A stretch of 64,000 nucleotides of DNA from a virus (IMGVR_UViG_2724679226_000002:1-64000), one strand, 5' to 3'. Counted from the first letter of the stretch, positions 8,803 through 17,887 are shown. Made by a program: numbers and translations. Notes: generated by a model not told the origin, from the sequence alone.

Positions 8803-9297
8803 TTAATTCCACTCCTTTCCAATTCTTTCTGACATATTATATTGCCATTTCTTCCAATACGTTTTGAGAATATCCTCTTTTGTGTAGCCATATTCTAAAG
8901 TCAAATCCACGAGAGCAGAAAAAACAGAGTATAAACTACGTACAACACCTGTAGCATACATTATCATCGTCAAACTGTCTGGTTTAAAAATTTCTGTTTC
9001 TTTTTTATTAAACAATTCTTCTAATTTCCATTCTTCTAAATATTTTTCATTATTTACTAATTGTGCAAAAAAGAAATAGACATCTGTTAGCTCTTCTAAT
9101 TCTTTTTGGCTGTTATATTCTTTTGTTTTCCAAGTTTTGTGAGAATCTTTTGTCTCTTCATCAAATTCTATAATTTCTGCTATCATAGATTTTATAATAT
9201 CTCTTCCTGTCCTCTCTCGGACATTCACAATATGACTATCTAACTCTTTTTGCAATTCGCATATATCTTTAAAACTCTTTGGCTCTTTCATTTTCAT
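8803..9297 (-). CDS. all-alpha NTP pyrophosphatase / dimeric dUTPase-like protein
   Basis: The N-terminus (FKDICELQKELDSHIV) resembles phage dimeric dUTPase (dUTPase_2). The assignment is from memory of the motif only. Confidence 0.4.
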   Translation of the reverse strand: MKMKEPKSFKDICELQKELDSHIVNVRERTGRDIIKSMIAEIIEFDEETKDSHKTWKTKEYNSQKELEELTDVYFFFAQLVNNEKYLEEWKLEELFNKKETEIFKPDSLTMIMYATGVVRSLYSVFSALVDLTLEYGYTKEDILKTYWKKWQYNMSERIGKEWN

Positions 9298-9320
9298 TTG
9301 TTCTCCTTCATTTTTTAGAA

Positions 9321-9506
9321 TTAATCTTCTAATACTAAATTTGTTTTTCCAACAATGTCAAATTCTTCTTCTGTAGCAAAAATATATGCTGTCCCTTTTT
9401 GTGGTATTGCAACTGCAATCATATATCTTCCCTTTTTTTTGTTAGCTACATATCCGAAACAACCACACCATTTATGTTTTTCGTTAAATTGGATTACATC
9501 ACTCAT
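9321..9506 (-). CDS. hypothetical protein
   Basis: 61-aa ORF in the operon. Confidence 0.35.
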   Translation of the reverse strand: MSDVIQFNEKHKWCGCFGYVANKKKGRYMIAVAIPQKGTAYIFATEEEFDIVGKTNLVLED

Positions 9507-9553
9507 TTTGTATATTCTCCTTTTTTGTATTTTTAAGTACTTTTATGAAAACA

Positions 9554-9799
9554 TCAACGTTTAGTATAATTCGTGTTGCTACTAAATTTTTTTTTAGATT
9601 TTAAAATAACTATTTTACTTTTTTTAGATAATATAGAATTATACATTTTTATCTTTATGAGATGTTGAGATTCTAAAAAATTCAAATAAAGCATATATTT
9701 GTTGAAGTCCATACGTTCGTATTGATCGTTAAAATGTAATACTTCTTTCTTTGCTAAACTGTTGTATATTATTTCTATTTTTTCGTCATCTGTTAGCAT
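9554..9799 (-). CDS. hypothetical protein
   Basis: The start is trimmed to MLTDDEK, which follows AGGAGG. Confidence 0.35.
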   Translation of the reverse strand: MLTDDEKIEIIYNSLAKKEVLHFNDQYERMDFNKYMLYLNFLESQHLIKIKMYNSILSKKSKIVILKSKKKFSSNTNYTKR

Positions 9800-10118
9800 T
9801 TTGTTCCTCCTCAAAAAGCTCAATCATTATACGTATTTTTTTGTTAGCACTCGATAATCTTTTTCTGCACGTAGTTTCTTTTATTCCTAATTTTTTTGCT
9901 ATTTCTTCATAATCGAGTCCTTGTTCTCTTAGTTTATATACTTGTGATTCACGATTACTAAGTGGATTTACCCTTCCTTCAAGCATAGCTTTCATAATCT
10001 TTTTTATGATTTTTTTCTTAGCTTGTGTTAATTCACTTTCCTCTTTATCTGAGAACATATTTCTAGCTGATAGAAAATCCTTGAATTGCAACATAATTAA
10101 GCTCCTTGTTTTTCTCAT
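9786..10118 (-). CDS. sigma-70 region-4-like HTH regulator
   Basis: The C-terminus (ESQVYKLREQGLDYEEIAKKLGIKETTCRKRL) matches a sigma-70 region-4 helix-turn-helix. Confidence 0.5.
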   Translation of the reverse strand: MRKTRSLIMLQFKDFLSARNMFSDKEESELTQAKKKIIKKIMKAMLEGRVNPLSNRESQVYKLREQGLDYEEIAKKLGIKETTCRKRLSSANKKIRIMIELFEEEQNANR

Positions 10119-10495
10119 TAGTCTTTAATTTTAGATTTTAATGTTCCAATTTTTACTCCTAGAGCAAAGGCATCCATATCGGAATAAATTTTTTCTATGA
10201 TTTTTATCAATTCTTTTATGTTTTCCTTTAATGCTTTGTTTTCTTGAACTAAATCGTTATCTTTTTTCTCCATATTTTTATTCTCCTTTTCTTCCTCATT
10301 TTTCACAATAGTATTCAACAAATCTTCCGCTAATAGTTTTTCTAGCACTTCCAATTTTTCAGGATCTAATTTAACTTCTTTTTCAGCTTCAAGCATAGAG
10401 ATGTATGCTTGTGAAATATTTACCTTATTTGAAAAACCTCTTTGTGATAATCCATATTTTTCTCTATATTTTTTTATTTGTTCTCCTAAAGTCAT
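10118..10495 (-). CDS. XRE-family HTH transcriptional regulator
   Basis: MTLGEQIKKYREKYGLSQRGFSNKVNISQAYISMLE. The start is trimmed to the Met that follows GAAAGGAG. Confidence 0.7.
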   Translation of the reverse strand: MTLGEQIKKYREKYGLSQRGFSNKVNISQAYISMLEAEKEVKLDPEKLEVLEKLLAEDLLNTIVKNEEEKENKNMEKKDNDLVQENKALKENIKELIKIIEKIYSDMDAFALGVKIGTLKSKIKD

Positions 10496-10781
10496 AATTT
10501 CTCCTTTCGAATAAATCAAATTGTAATAAATCTTTATAAAACTCCTTTTGTAAAAGTTGAAAAATAGGTATCTTTTCAGTTCCAATTAAAGAAATATTTA
10601 AAATTACTCTTTTATAGACGTTTTCTGTTTCTTCTAATTTTTTTTCCATTTCTTTAATGTCGGTGCAAGAAAGATTTTTTTTACCGCACTTTAAAACAGA
10701 TCTAAACCATTTTCCGCCAGAATGTATTTCTTCTTCGTTAGCATAACTTATTCCACTTACCATAAAAATATATTTTTTCAT
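10464..10781 (-). CDS. hypothetical protein
   Basis: 105-aa ORF coupled to the XRE gene. Confidence 0.4.
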   Translation of the reverse strand: MKKYIFMVSGISYANEEEIHSGGKWFRSVLKCGKKNLSCTDIKEMEKKLEETENVYKRVILNISLIGTEKIPIFQLLQKEFYKDLLQFDLFERRNYDFRRTNKKI

Positions 10782-10788
10782 GCTATCA

Positions 10789-11604
10789 CTAATCCAGTTT
10801 TATTAAGGTATTGCCTTCACCTTGTACTTTTGGTAAGTGTCCATCCCATTTTTCAATGGCCATTTTTTTAATTAGCATAGGACTTAAAGATTGAGCTTCT
10901 ACTGCATTAGCTCTTGCTTGTAATTCTTTTTCTTTTAGTTTAAATTCAGCAATTTTTACTTTATTTTCTTGCTCTACCAACAATTTTGCTTGCTCTGCTT
11001 TTGCTTTTTCTACAGCTTGTTCCGCAACTTTCTTTTGTTCGATAGCCTTTTCGTATTCGTCAGAAAAATCATGATTGACGATTGAGACGTTAGAAACGTT
11101 CATTCCATAAACTGCTAAATCATCAGAAATGTCTTTATTGATAATTCGACTAATTTCTGCTCTTTTAGACACAAATTCTTCAATGGTATATTTTGCTATC
11201 GTAGCTTGCACAACTTCCTTTACTCTAGGTCGCACAAAACGATATTCATATTTGTTTTGAAATGCTCTGTATAGTTTTTCCGGATCTACAATATTTGCTT
11301 GTACTGTTAAATCAATGTGGATAGACTGCATATCTTTTGTAGAAACTTCCAATGTTGTGTCTGCTTCTTCTGTCTTACCGAAAATATATGTTTTTTCTCT
11401 TATTTCCATAAATTGCTTAGATTCAACAAATGGCAGTTTAAAATTCAATCCTTCAGTATCAATTCTGTTAATTTTTCCGAAACGAGAAATAATAGCTACT
11501 TCTCCAGTATCCACGGAGTAACAATTTGTAAATAATAAAGCACATATAATAATTACTAAAACACTCACAAAAATAGTTCCAAACATTTTAAATTCTTTTT
11601 TCAT
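10789..11604 (-). CDS. SPFH/band-7 (prohibitin/HflKC-like) membrane protein
   Basis: An N-terminal transmembrane helix, an SPFH core (GEVAIISRFGKI...) and a coiled-coil AEQA/KAEQ tail. Confidence 0.8.
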   Translation of the reverse strand: MKKEFKMFGTIFVSVLVIIICALLFTNCYSVDTGEVAIISRFGKINRIDTEGLNFKLPFVESKQFMEIREKTYIFGKTEEADTTLEVSTKDMQSIHIDLTVQANIVDPEKLYRAFQNKYEYRFVRPRVKEVVQATIAKYTIEEFVSKRAEISRIINKDISDDLAVYGMNVSNVSIVNHDFSDEYEKAIEQKKVAEQAVEKAKAEQAKLLVEQENKVKIAEFKLKEKELQARANAVEAQSLSPMLIKKMAIEKWDGHLPKVQGEGNTLIKLD

Positions 11605-11807
11605 AAAATTTTCTCCTTTTTTCTTATGTCTTTTTTATAATATTGAATTTATCTCTCTTTAAATAGTTCTAAGATAAATTCTCTTCCAAGTTGCGTTATT
11701 TTTCTGTAGTAAATTACTTTTCCGTTTTCATTTACTTCTTGTTTTATCTTAAAACTCCAAGAAGACTCCCTCCTCTTTAGGTGGTGAGTAGTTCACTTCA
11801 TTCATTT

Positions 11808-12071
11808 CTATCCTCCTTTAAAACAAGCTTCTTCCACTTCTTGCCAACTCAACAATTTTTCTTTTAAACATCTTTCTAAAACAGCTTGAATATAGAACCA
11901 TTTCCCTAAAAATTCATCATCCGCCTTAATTACCCTTGCTCCTTTTGGAATAATATAAGAGAAATTGTTATATCCAACCATTTTTCTATTTTCGGAAATC
12001 ATTATTTCGTTTGGTAACTGAGAAATTGCGTTCCTATATGCCTGTAATATCTTTTCTTTTTCCATTATCAT
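11808..12071 (-). CDS. hypothetical protein
   Basis: 87-aa ORF coupled to the primase-helicase. Confidence 0.4.
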   Translation of the reverse strand: MIMEKEKILQAYRNAISQLPNEIMISENRKMVGYNNFSYIIPKGARVIKADDEFLGKWFYIQAVLERCLKEKLLSWQEVEEACFKGG

Positions 12072-13843
12072 CCCTCATTCAAAAATGGCAAATTATCCAT
12101 TTCTACAATCAATCTTTTCTTTTCTAACTTTTCCCAGCCATATTCTTTGTATTTTGTTTTTTCAGGATTTTTTATATCCAAGAATCTTCCAGTCTTTACT
12201 TCATAATTCCAAAAACCTTTAGAACGAATGTCTCCATACTTTCTATCTTTAGTAAGAATAGCTCCTACACTCGCTTCAACCCCTTGTTCTTCTAGTTTCT
12301 TTACCTCATCTTCACTTAATCTTTTCAAAAAAACTACTGCATTGGCTAAGTTTACAATTTCACTTGCTCCAGAGATAATAAAGTCATCTACTTCATCAAG
12401 AGCTTTTACAATGTTTTTCTTTGGATGGGCAACAATCATCAAACAAACATTGTATTTTTTTACAAACTCCTGTAATTCTATGAATAAATTTTTTTGTGCT
12501 TCGTATTTGTCAGCAGAATCGATGTTAATTGTCATTAAGTTATCAATAACAAAGACCTTTACTCCATTTTTCTTATATGCTTGTTCCATTGTTTCTATAA
12601 GATCTGCTTTTGTTGGTGTTTGTTCAGTATGAATTGTGATTTTTCCTTTTAACCAAGTATTTATTTTCTTCTCTTGTTCATAAGAAATCTTCCCATAAAG
12701 CTTATCTTTTAACGGATGTTTGAAAGTTTCTATTTGTCCTGGACGAGATAAAATTTTACAAATATTTGTTTTAAAGACTTCTTTCCGGAACTCTCCTTGC
12801 ATAGTGAAGACCTTAATCCCTTGTTCCACTAAGTTAGCCATTAGGTTATTTACAAATGTAGATTTTCCACTACCTGGATTACCTGTAAAAATAATAACCT
12901 CTCCGGGACGCATTCCACCAGACATACGATTAAAAGCGTCATCTCCCCAAGAATAATATTCATCATCAGTATCACAGTGAACATCTGAAATATCCATCAT
13001 CTTAGGTTCCATAATGTCCTCTTCTCCTGTTTCAAGAATTTTTTTTAATTTCATTCTTCCAGATTCGTCCATTAGAATTTCATTTGGATCTTTGTAGAAT
13101 AACAAATTGATTTTCTTGATTTCAATTTCAGAATGCTTTAATCTGTCATAAATAGCTTTTATTCCTTTTTTTCCTGCTTCATCATTATCCATGATTAAAA
13201 TAATTTTTTTAAATTTTTCCAACCATTCGTAATGATAATCAATCCAATCATGACTTCCAGCTCCATTTGGAACAGATACGACATTCTTAATTCCGATTTC
13301 TAAGAGAGACAGAAGATCCATTTCTCCTTCAACAATATAGAGCTCTTTTACATCTTTTGGAACTAATCTCCAGTTTAATAAATTCATAACAGAACCTTTT
13401 GCAGCAGATATTTTTTTATCAATGGTTCTGTATTTTACTCCAATACAAGTTCCTGCTTCATCTTCTCCAACGTAGAAAAAGCAGAATCTTCCATTACGAT
13501 TAAAAATCTTTGAATTTATTAAAGTTTCTTTGCTAATTCCTCTTCCAGCCATGTAATCAAGCATTTCTTGTGTAAAATCTTGATTAAAATCTGCCATTCG
13601 TAAAGTAACGTATTCTTTTTGCTCTTTTTTTTCTTTAGTTTTGGGTAGAGAATCCCATTTAAAATGTCCTTTTACTCCACAACTATTTTGTCTATTGCAG
13701 ATATAAGCTCCAGTCTTAGTATTTACTAAGAATCTGTTTTTACTATGTTCATGCTTACAAAAAGGGCATAATTCAAATACTGCTTCATCTCCTTTGAATT
13801 TGTAAGGTATCCCAAAGGAATCTAAAAATTCAATCATTGTCAT
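12068..13843 (-). CDS. bifunctional DNA primase-helicase (CHC2 zinc finger, TOPRIM and DnaB-like helicase domains)
   Basis: CPFCKHEHSKNRF...CNRQNSCGVKGH is the zinc finger. A TOPRIM region (YIVEGEMDLLS, DNDEAG) follows, then a Walker A box (GNPGSGKSTF). Confidence 0.85.
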   Translation of the reverse strand: MTMIEFLDSFGIPYKFKGDEAVFELCPFCKHEHSKNRFLVNTKTGAYICNRQNSCGVKGHFKWDSLPKTKEKKEQKEYVTLRMADFNQDFTQEMLDYMAGRGISKETLINSKIFNRNGRFCFFYVGEDEAGTCIGVKYRTIDKKISAAKGSVMNLLNWRLVPKDVKELYIVEGEMDLLSLLEIGIKNVVSVPNGAGSHDWIDYHYEWLEKFKKIILIMDNDEAGKKGIKAIYDRLKHSEIEIKKINLLFYKDPNEILMDESGRMKLKKILETGEEDIMEPKMMDISDVHCDTDDEYYSWGDDAFNRMSGGMRPGEVIIFTGNPGSGKSTFVNNLMANLVEQGIKVFTMQGEFRKEVFKTNICKILSRPGQIETFKHPLKDKLYGKISYEQEKKINTWLKGKITIHTEQTPTKADLIETMEQAYKKNGVKVFVIDNLMTINIDSADKYEAQKNLFIELQEFVKKYNVCLMIVAHPKKNIVKALDEVDDFIISGASEIVNLANAVVFLKRLSEDEVKKLEEQGVEASVGAILTKDRKYGDIRSKGFWNYEVKTGRFLDIKNPEKTKYKEYGWEKLEKKRLIVEMDNLPFLNEG

Positions 13844-14823
13844 ATGTTCACAGCTCCTTTGAGAAGATTGTCTAGATTTTTTTCTTTTTCTTCTTCTTGT
13901 TTTCTTTCAACATATGACTTTGGAGGATTTTTTATTCTTTCTTCTGCTTTTTTGTTTTGTAAGAAAACTTCAAAATAACGAGCTTCTATTGTTTGCCATT
14001 CTTTTTCAGTAATCCATTTTATAAATTCTTCAAAATACCTGTGATTTAAAATAAAATCTAGTTTTAGTATGCTCTTTAAACTAGAATTTGATTTTAGCTT
14101 TTTCTTGATAAAATATGGTTTTTCTTTAAACCACCAATGACTTAGTAGGTGTTTTATTTTGTCGTCATAAGCAGAATTTGATATTAACGCTTCCGCTTCT
14201 GCTTGCAACGCAGAAGCATCTTCTTGCTTGTACAGACTTTTTTCTTTCTTTACTACTACGTTAGTAGTAGTTTCTTTATTTTTTTTTATAGAAGAATAGT
14301 TTATAGATGAATAATTTATAGTAGAATCTTTGTTAACTCGTTTTGGGTTTTGGTCATACTCATTTTGAGTTTTGGTCATACTCGAAATGGGTTTTGGTTC
14401 ATTTGGCGTAATATCATTTTGAGTTTTGGTGTTTTTACTTCTTTCTTTTTCATTTTTAGAAAATTGCTCTTTAGTGTCATCATAGTCTGTAAGTATAGCG
14501 TGTTTTTCAGAAAAACAAACATATAAAAATCTTCCTTTTACACCATTTTTTGAAGTTTCTAGGTATTTTTTTAAAATGTTTTTTGTGATAAGATTATCAA
14601 TTCTTCTGATTAGTTTATTTTTGCTTCCAATAACAATGATTTGCTCAAGTAAATATTCATAAGTAATCCACATATATTTTTCTTGATCTATTATTTTGAA
14701 ATGTATTTTTTTGCTTCCGCTAGAATACATATCAGATAAAACCCTTAATATTAATGCGTCATCATTGTCTAAGCCATTTTCATACAATTTTTCTTGCTTA
14801 TATCCATGTATTGTATATTTCAT
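13840..14823 (-). CDS. replication initiator-like protein (replisome-organiser-like N-terminus) with internal iterons
   Basis: Its position directly upstream of the primase-helicase suggests the role. The low-complexity mid-region is encoded by the direct repeats at 14341-14440. Confidence 0.45.
   Translation of the reverse strand: MKYTIHGYKQEKLYENGLDNDDALILRVLSDMYSSGSKKIHFKIIDQEKYMWITYEYLLEQIIVIGSKNKLIRRIDNLITKNILKKYLETSKNGVKGRFLYVCFSEKHAILTDYDDTKEQFSKNEKERSKNTKTQNDITPNEPKPISSMTKTQNEYDQNPKRVNKDSTINYSSINYSSIKKNKETTTNVVVKKEKSLYKQEDASALQAEAEALISNSAYDDKIKHLLSHWWFKEKPYFIKKKLKSNSSLKSILKLDFILNHRYFEEFIKWITEKEWQTIEARYFEVFLQNKKAEERIKNPPKSYVERKQEEEKEKNLDNLLKGAVNI
14341..14440. repeat. iteron-like direct repeats inside the initiator-like gene
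   Basis: About four copies of TTTTGRGTTTTGGTCATACTC on the plus strand. Confidence 0.55.
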
Positions 14824-15080
14824 TTGACATCACACTCTTGCTCTTGTGGAAATGGAGTTACTGAAATTTCCCATTTTTTTGTTTTTTTGTCAATTTTCAG
14901 ATAACCGAATTCTTCTAATTCTTTTAAAGTTTTTTTTATTGTTTGAGTGCTTTCTTTGCAATATTTTTTTAGAATACAAATAGAAGCCCAATAGTTACCG
15001 GGTAAGTCTAACATCAAAGCTAGTAACCCTTTTGCTTTTAAAGTCATTTCTGTTTCTAACAAATAATTTCTTCTTCCCAT
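14820..15080 (-). CDS. winged-helix DNA-binding protein (replication-initiator N-terminal-like)
   Basis: 86 aa reading LLALMLDLPGNYWASICILKKYCKESTQTIKKTLKELEEFGYL, with AGGAGGTAAAAAATG as the ribosome-binding site. Confidence 0.45.
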   Translation of the reverse strand: MGRRNYLLETEMTLKAKGLLALMLDLPGNYWASICILKKYCKESTQTIKKTLKELEEFGYLKIDKKTKKWEISVTPFPQEQECDVK

Positions 15081-15094
15081 TTTTTACCTCCTTA

Positions 15095-15210
15095 AATTTC
15101 GGAGAGCCTTGACTAATACTCTCTCTTTGTTGTTTCAATAAGCAATTCCTAATCCCTCAGAGCTTGTCAAGGCTACGAGGGGGAATTGCCAATTCAAACA
15201 ACAAAATTTC
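15095..15210. promoter_or_regulatory. interleaved inverted repeats upstream of the replication operon
   Basis: GCCTTGAC pairs with GTCAAGGC, and TTGTTGTTTCAATAAGCAATTCC pairs with GGAATTGCCAATTCAAACAACAA. The order is A-B-A'-B'. Confidence 0.45.
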
Positions 15211-15280
15211 TGGTAATTTATATTTATTTCTAATAATTTCTATTTCTTAAATATAAAAATGGACTTTTTTATATTTAAGA

Positions 15281-15604
15281 ATTTTTATAGACCAGTTTTT
15301 CTTAAAAAACTGAACTATGGATTTTTATAGACCAGTTTTTTGCATTTTTCTGTACTGTGCGAAACTATGCGAATAATTTTTCTTTTATTTGCAATAAAAA
15401 AATGAAGAAAATACGAATGGACGCGAATACGTACGAAAACTTTTCGCATGATTTTCTCACGAATAACACAAGATATTTTTCTTTTATTTTCAATACTTTT
15501 TTTATCTTTTAAAAGAAAAATCTCACAAATATCTCACGAATAACGCAAGATTCTCATAAATATATATCCAACTGTCGATTATTTGTCGACAGTTCATAAA
15601 CTCA
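15281..15604. repeat. origin-like repeat region
   Basis: ATTTTTATAGACCAGTTTTT occurs twice (15281 and 15321), TCTCACGAATAACRCAAGAT occurs twice (15465 and 15532), and the palindrome AACTGTCGATTATTTGTCGACAGTT lies at 15578. Confidence 0.5.
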
Positions 15605-16312
15605 ACGCTACTTAACTTTACTCAACACTTTTTAAACATAAGTGTAAATAACTGATAGTTTCTAATCATGTTGCCGACGTCAGGAACGTGTTCAAAACTT
15701 CAATTCGAGGGCTCTTAGATTGGATACAAAACTTAGACAACTATGATAAGAAACTATATTTTAAGGAGTAGAGCCCTCTAATTCAAGGGGCAAAACGAGA
15801 GAATGCTCGCACAAATGCTTACCTCATTCTGAGACTCTGTTTGCCCTGTTGCAACATTGAACCAAGTTTTTGCTTAAAGTCTATTGAACTTGGAAAAAAG
15901 ACTTTGTAAAGAGAGTCGGAAGAATTGAATTTCCCGGAGCTACCTACACCACTACTCTCATATTAAAGCGTCCTTAACCTGGTCCACTGCTTCAATTTCT
16001 CTCTAGCTATTCAATGGTCCGAGTTTTCCTCGCAAGTATCACTCGTTAAGAGAGAGCCGTTTGCTCGTGCGTTAAGGACTTTATCATTCCGTTTTCGGAT
16101 TCGCACGGTAACCCTTTATTCGTACAAAACAATCCTCGTAATTCTTGACGACTGCAAACACTCGAATAAATCCGGTAGTGATTTGTCAATATCGATATGA
16201 CGGGAACAGCAAGGCTCGAACTTGCACTCTCCTTGGGTTAAACAACTTAGCCTGAAAATTTATGACTAAATCTAGCAAGGTGCTATTTCCAAATTAAACT
16301 ATGTTCCCATAA
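15605..16312. ncRNA. candidate large structured non-coding RNA in an ORF-free, GC-elevated segment
   Basis: No ORF of 60 aa or more on any frame across about 1.5 kb. It is visibly GC-richer than the flanks. It has several long-range complementary pairs, such as CGAGGGCTC at 15706 with GAGCCCTC at 15771, and GGGCAAAAC at 15788 with GTTTGCCC at 15839. It also has a perfect T-arm-like hairpin (GCAAG-TTCGAGC-CTTGC, minus strand, 16209-16225) bounded by GGGAACA at 16202 and TGTTCCC at 16303. Confidence 0.35.
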
Positions 16313-16313
16313 A

Positions 16314-16398
16314 TGGCGGAAGTAACAAGAATTGAACTTGTAAAGGAATTATCCTCACAGATTAGCAATCTGTTGCCATACCATTAGGCGATACTTCC
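16314..16398 (-). tRNA. tRNA-Ser (anticodon GCU) with a long variable arm and an encoded CCA
   Basis: Minus-strand sequence GGAAGTATCGCCTAATGGTATGGCAACAGATTGCTAATCTGTGAGGATAATTCCTTTACAAGTTCAATTCTTGTTACTTCCGCCA. Folds by hand to a cloverleaf with a 7-bp acceptor stem, a 5-bp anticodon stem, a type-II variable arm and a 5-bp T stem. Confidence 0.85.
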
Positions 16399-16624
16399 AA
16401 ATGATGACTTTTTTACAAGAAGTCTAACTTGTCTAGTGTAAGGAGAGGCACTTTTTATTATTGGGAAGTGTAACCCATTTTTAGTTAGTCAATATTTATT
16501 GAATTTCTTACTCCAAAAAGTTACAATGTAAATAAAATTTTTGGAGTAAGAAAACATGTTTAAAATTTTCCACTTCCTGCTCCTTTTTCTATTCTGAATA
16601 TCTTTAAATACGAATAAAACGTAT

Positions 16625-16831
16625 TTAAAGAATAAAAATTTTTTCTCCTGTTAACTCTTCTATTTTTTTTAGGGTTACAGTAGAAATATGATCTTCTTCT
16701 TTTAATGTCTTAAATTGTCTAGAAAGAGTAGTAGGAGTAATACCTAATGCTTTTGCAACTTTAGCTTTACTCACGTTTCCTCTAATTAGACATATTTCTA
16801 TTTTTTTATACAATTTTTCTCCAAATTTCAT
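16625..16831 (-). CDS. small HTH DNA-binding protein
   Basis: VSKAKVAKALGITPTTLSRQFKTLKEEDHIS is a helix-turn-helix. The promoter region upstream contains ATATACG..CGTAT. Confidence 0.55.
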   Translation of the reverse strand: MKFGEKLYKKIEICLIRGNVSKAKVAKALGITPTTLSRQFKTLKEEDHISTVTLKKIEELTGEKIFIL

Positions 16832-16991
16832 TTTTTTACTCCTTTGTTAGAAATATTATATACGTTTTTGACGTATTAGTCAATAACGAATGTAAATTTT
16901 TTCATTTTTTAGAAAAAAGCATAAAATTATAATAAAAAAACAGGTCATAAAACCTGTTTTGGTAGAAAATAAAAACCCCACGAGTGTGGGG

Positions 16992-17570
16992 CTAGATATT
17001 TGCTGTAACTACTTCTAAATTCAAATTTTGATAACTAATATTTTGACAGTCTTTGTCATGGCTAACAAAAACATAATTTTCTAATTCACAAAAATTCAAT
17101 AAATAATTATCATTGAAATCGAAGGCCATAATGCCATTTCCTAACATACAATTGTTTGAAAGGACTGAAAAATTATCATCTACTTTTGAGCAAAATGTTA
17201 ATATGTTTTGTGAAATTTCACTAGCTATATAATTTTTATCATTTATAAAACTTTGACTTTTTCTGTAAATCCTTTTATAATTACGAGAACTGTATTGCTT
17301 GTTCTGTGAATTTAAAAAAAATTTACCCCTTTCCCTCAAATATACATTAAATATTTCGGAAACTTCTATGGACAAAATAGCAATTTTGCAACCATTTGAT
17401 AAGATGTTAGATAATAATGAAGAGTAAAGAGCTGCATTATTTTGATGATATCCACTTTGGTTCCTTTGTAAGGGTAATAAATACAGCCAGATATTTGTAT
17501 CAAAAATATATTTTTTTGTAGGTTGGACTTGATGAGAGGAGATGTGTGATATTTTCATACTTTTAATCAA
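16992..17570 (-). CDS. PIN-domain protein (putative ribonuclease effector)
   Basis: The N-terminus (KKYIFDTNIWLYLL) is the PIN signature with its first acidic residue. The gene overlaps the upstream STAS-like gene by 8 nt. Confidence 0.55.
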   Translation of the reverse strand: MIKSMKISHISSHQVQPTKKYIFDTNIWLYLLPLQRNQSGYHQNNAALYSSLLSNILSNGCKIAILSIEVSEIFNVYLRERGKFFLNSQNKQYSSRNYKRIYRKSQSFINDKNYIASEISQNILTFCSKVDDNFSVLSNNCMLGNGIMAFDFNDNYLLNFCELENYVFVSHDKDCQNISYQNLNLEVVTANI

Positions 17571-17871
17571 CTCCTCTTCTATACAGTTTTAAAGCGTTTA
17601 TTTTTACTTGCTTTATTTGACTTAAAGAAATTTCTTTTGCATTTTCAAATTTAACTAATTTTTCAACTTCTTCTTCAGTATAATCTTTAAATAATTCGCC
17701 ATATGCTAAATTGAAAAATGTTGAAATTGTCATTTCGATTCCTTCAAAATCTAGAATTATTGGAATTTCCCCTAATGAAATGTTTTTTACAATGCTATCA
17801 TAAAGAGTTTTACCTTTTTCTGCAGAAACAGCAAATTGTCCACCGATAATTTCAAAAACTTTAATTTTCAT
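17563..17871 (-). CDS. STAS-like (anti-sigma-factor antagonist / DUF4325-like) protein
   Basis: 102 aa reading IPIILDFEGIEMTISTFFNLAYGEL, with the size and pattern of a SpoIIAA-type STAS domain. It is coupled to both neighbours. Confidence 0.5.
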   Translation of the reverse strand: MKIKVFEIIGGQFAVSAEKGKTLYDSIVKNISLGEIPIILDFEGIEMTISTFFNLAYGELFKDYTEEEVEKLVKFENAKEISLSQIKQVKINALKLYRRGVD

Positions 17872-17887
17872 CGTTATCCCTCCTCTT

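Noticed and set aside
16199-16312. A second full tRNA gene next to tRNA-Ser
   Set aside because: There is a perfect T-arm and acceptor-like ends, but the D-arm and anticodon-arm cannot be folded convincingly. At about 110 nt it is too long. It is kept as a tRNA-like element or remnant only.
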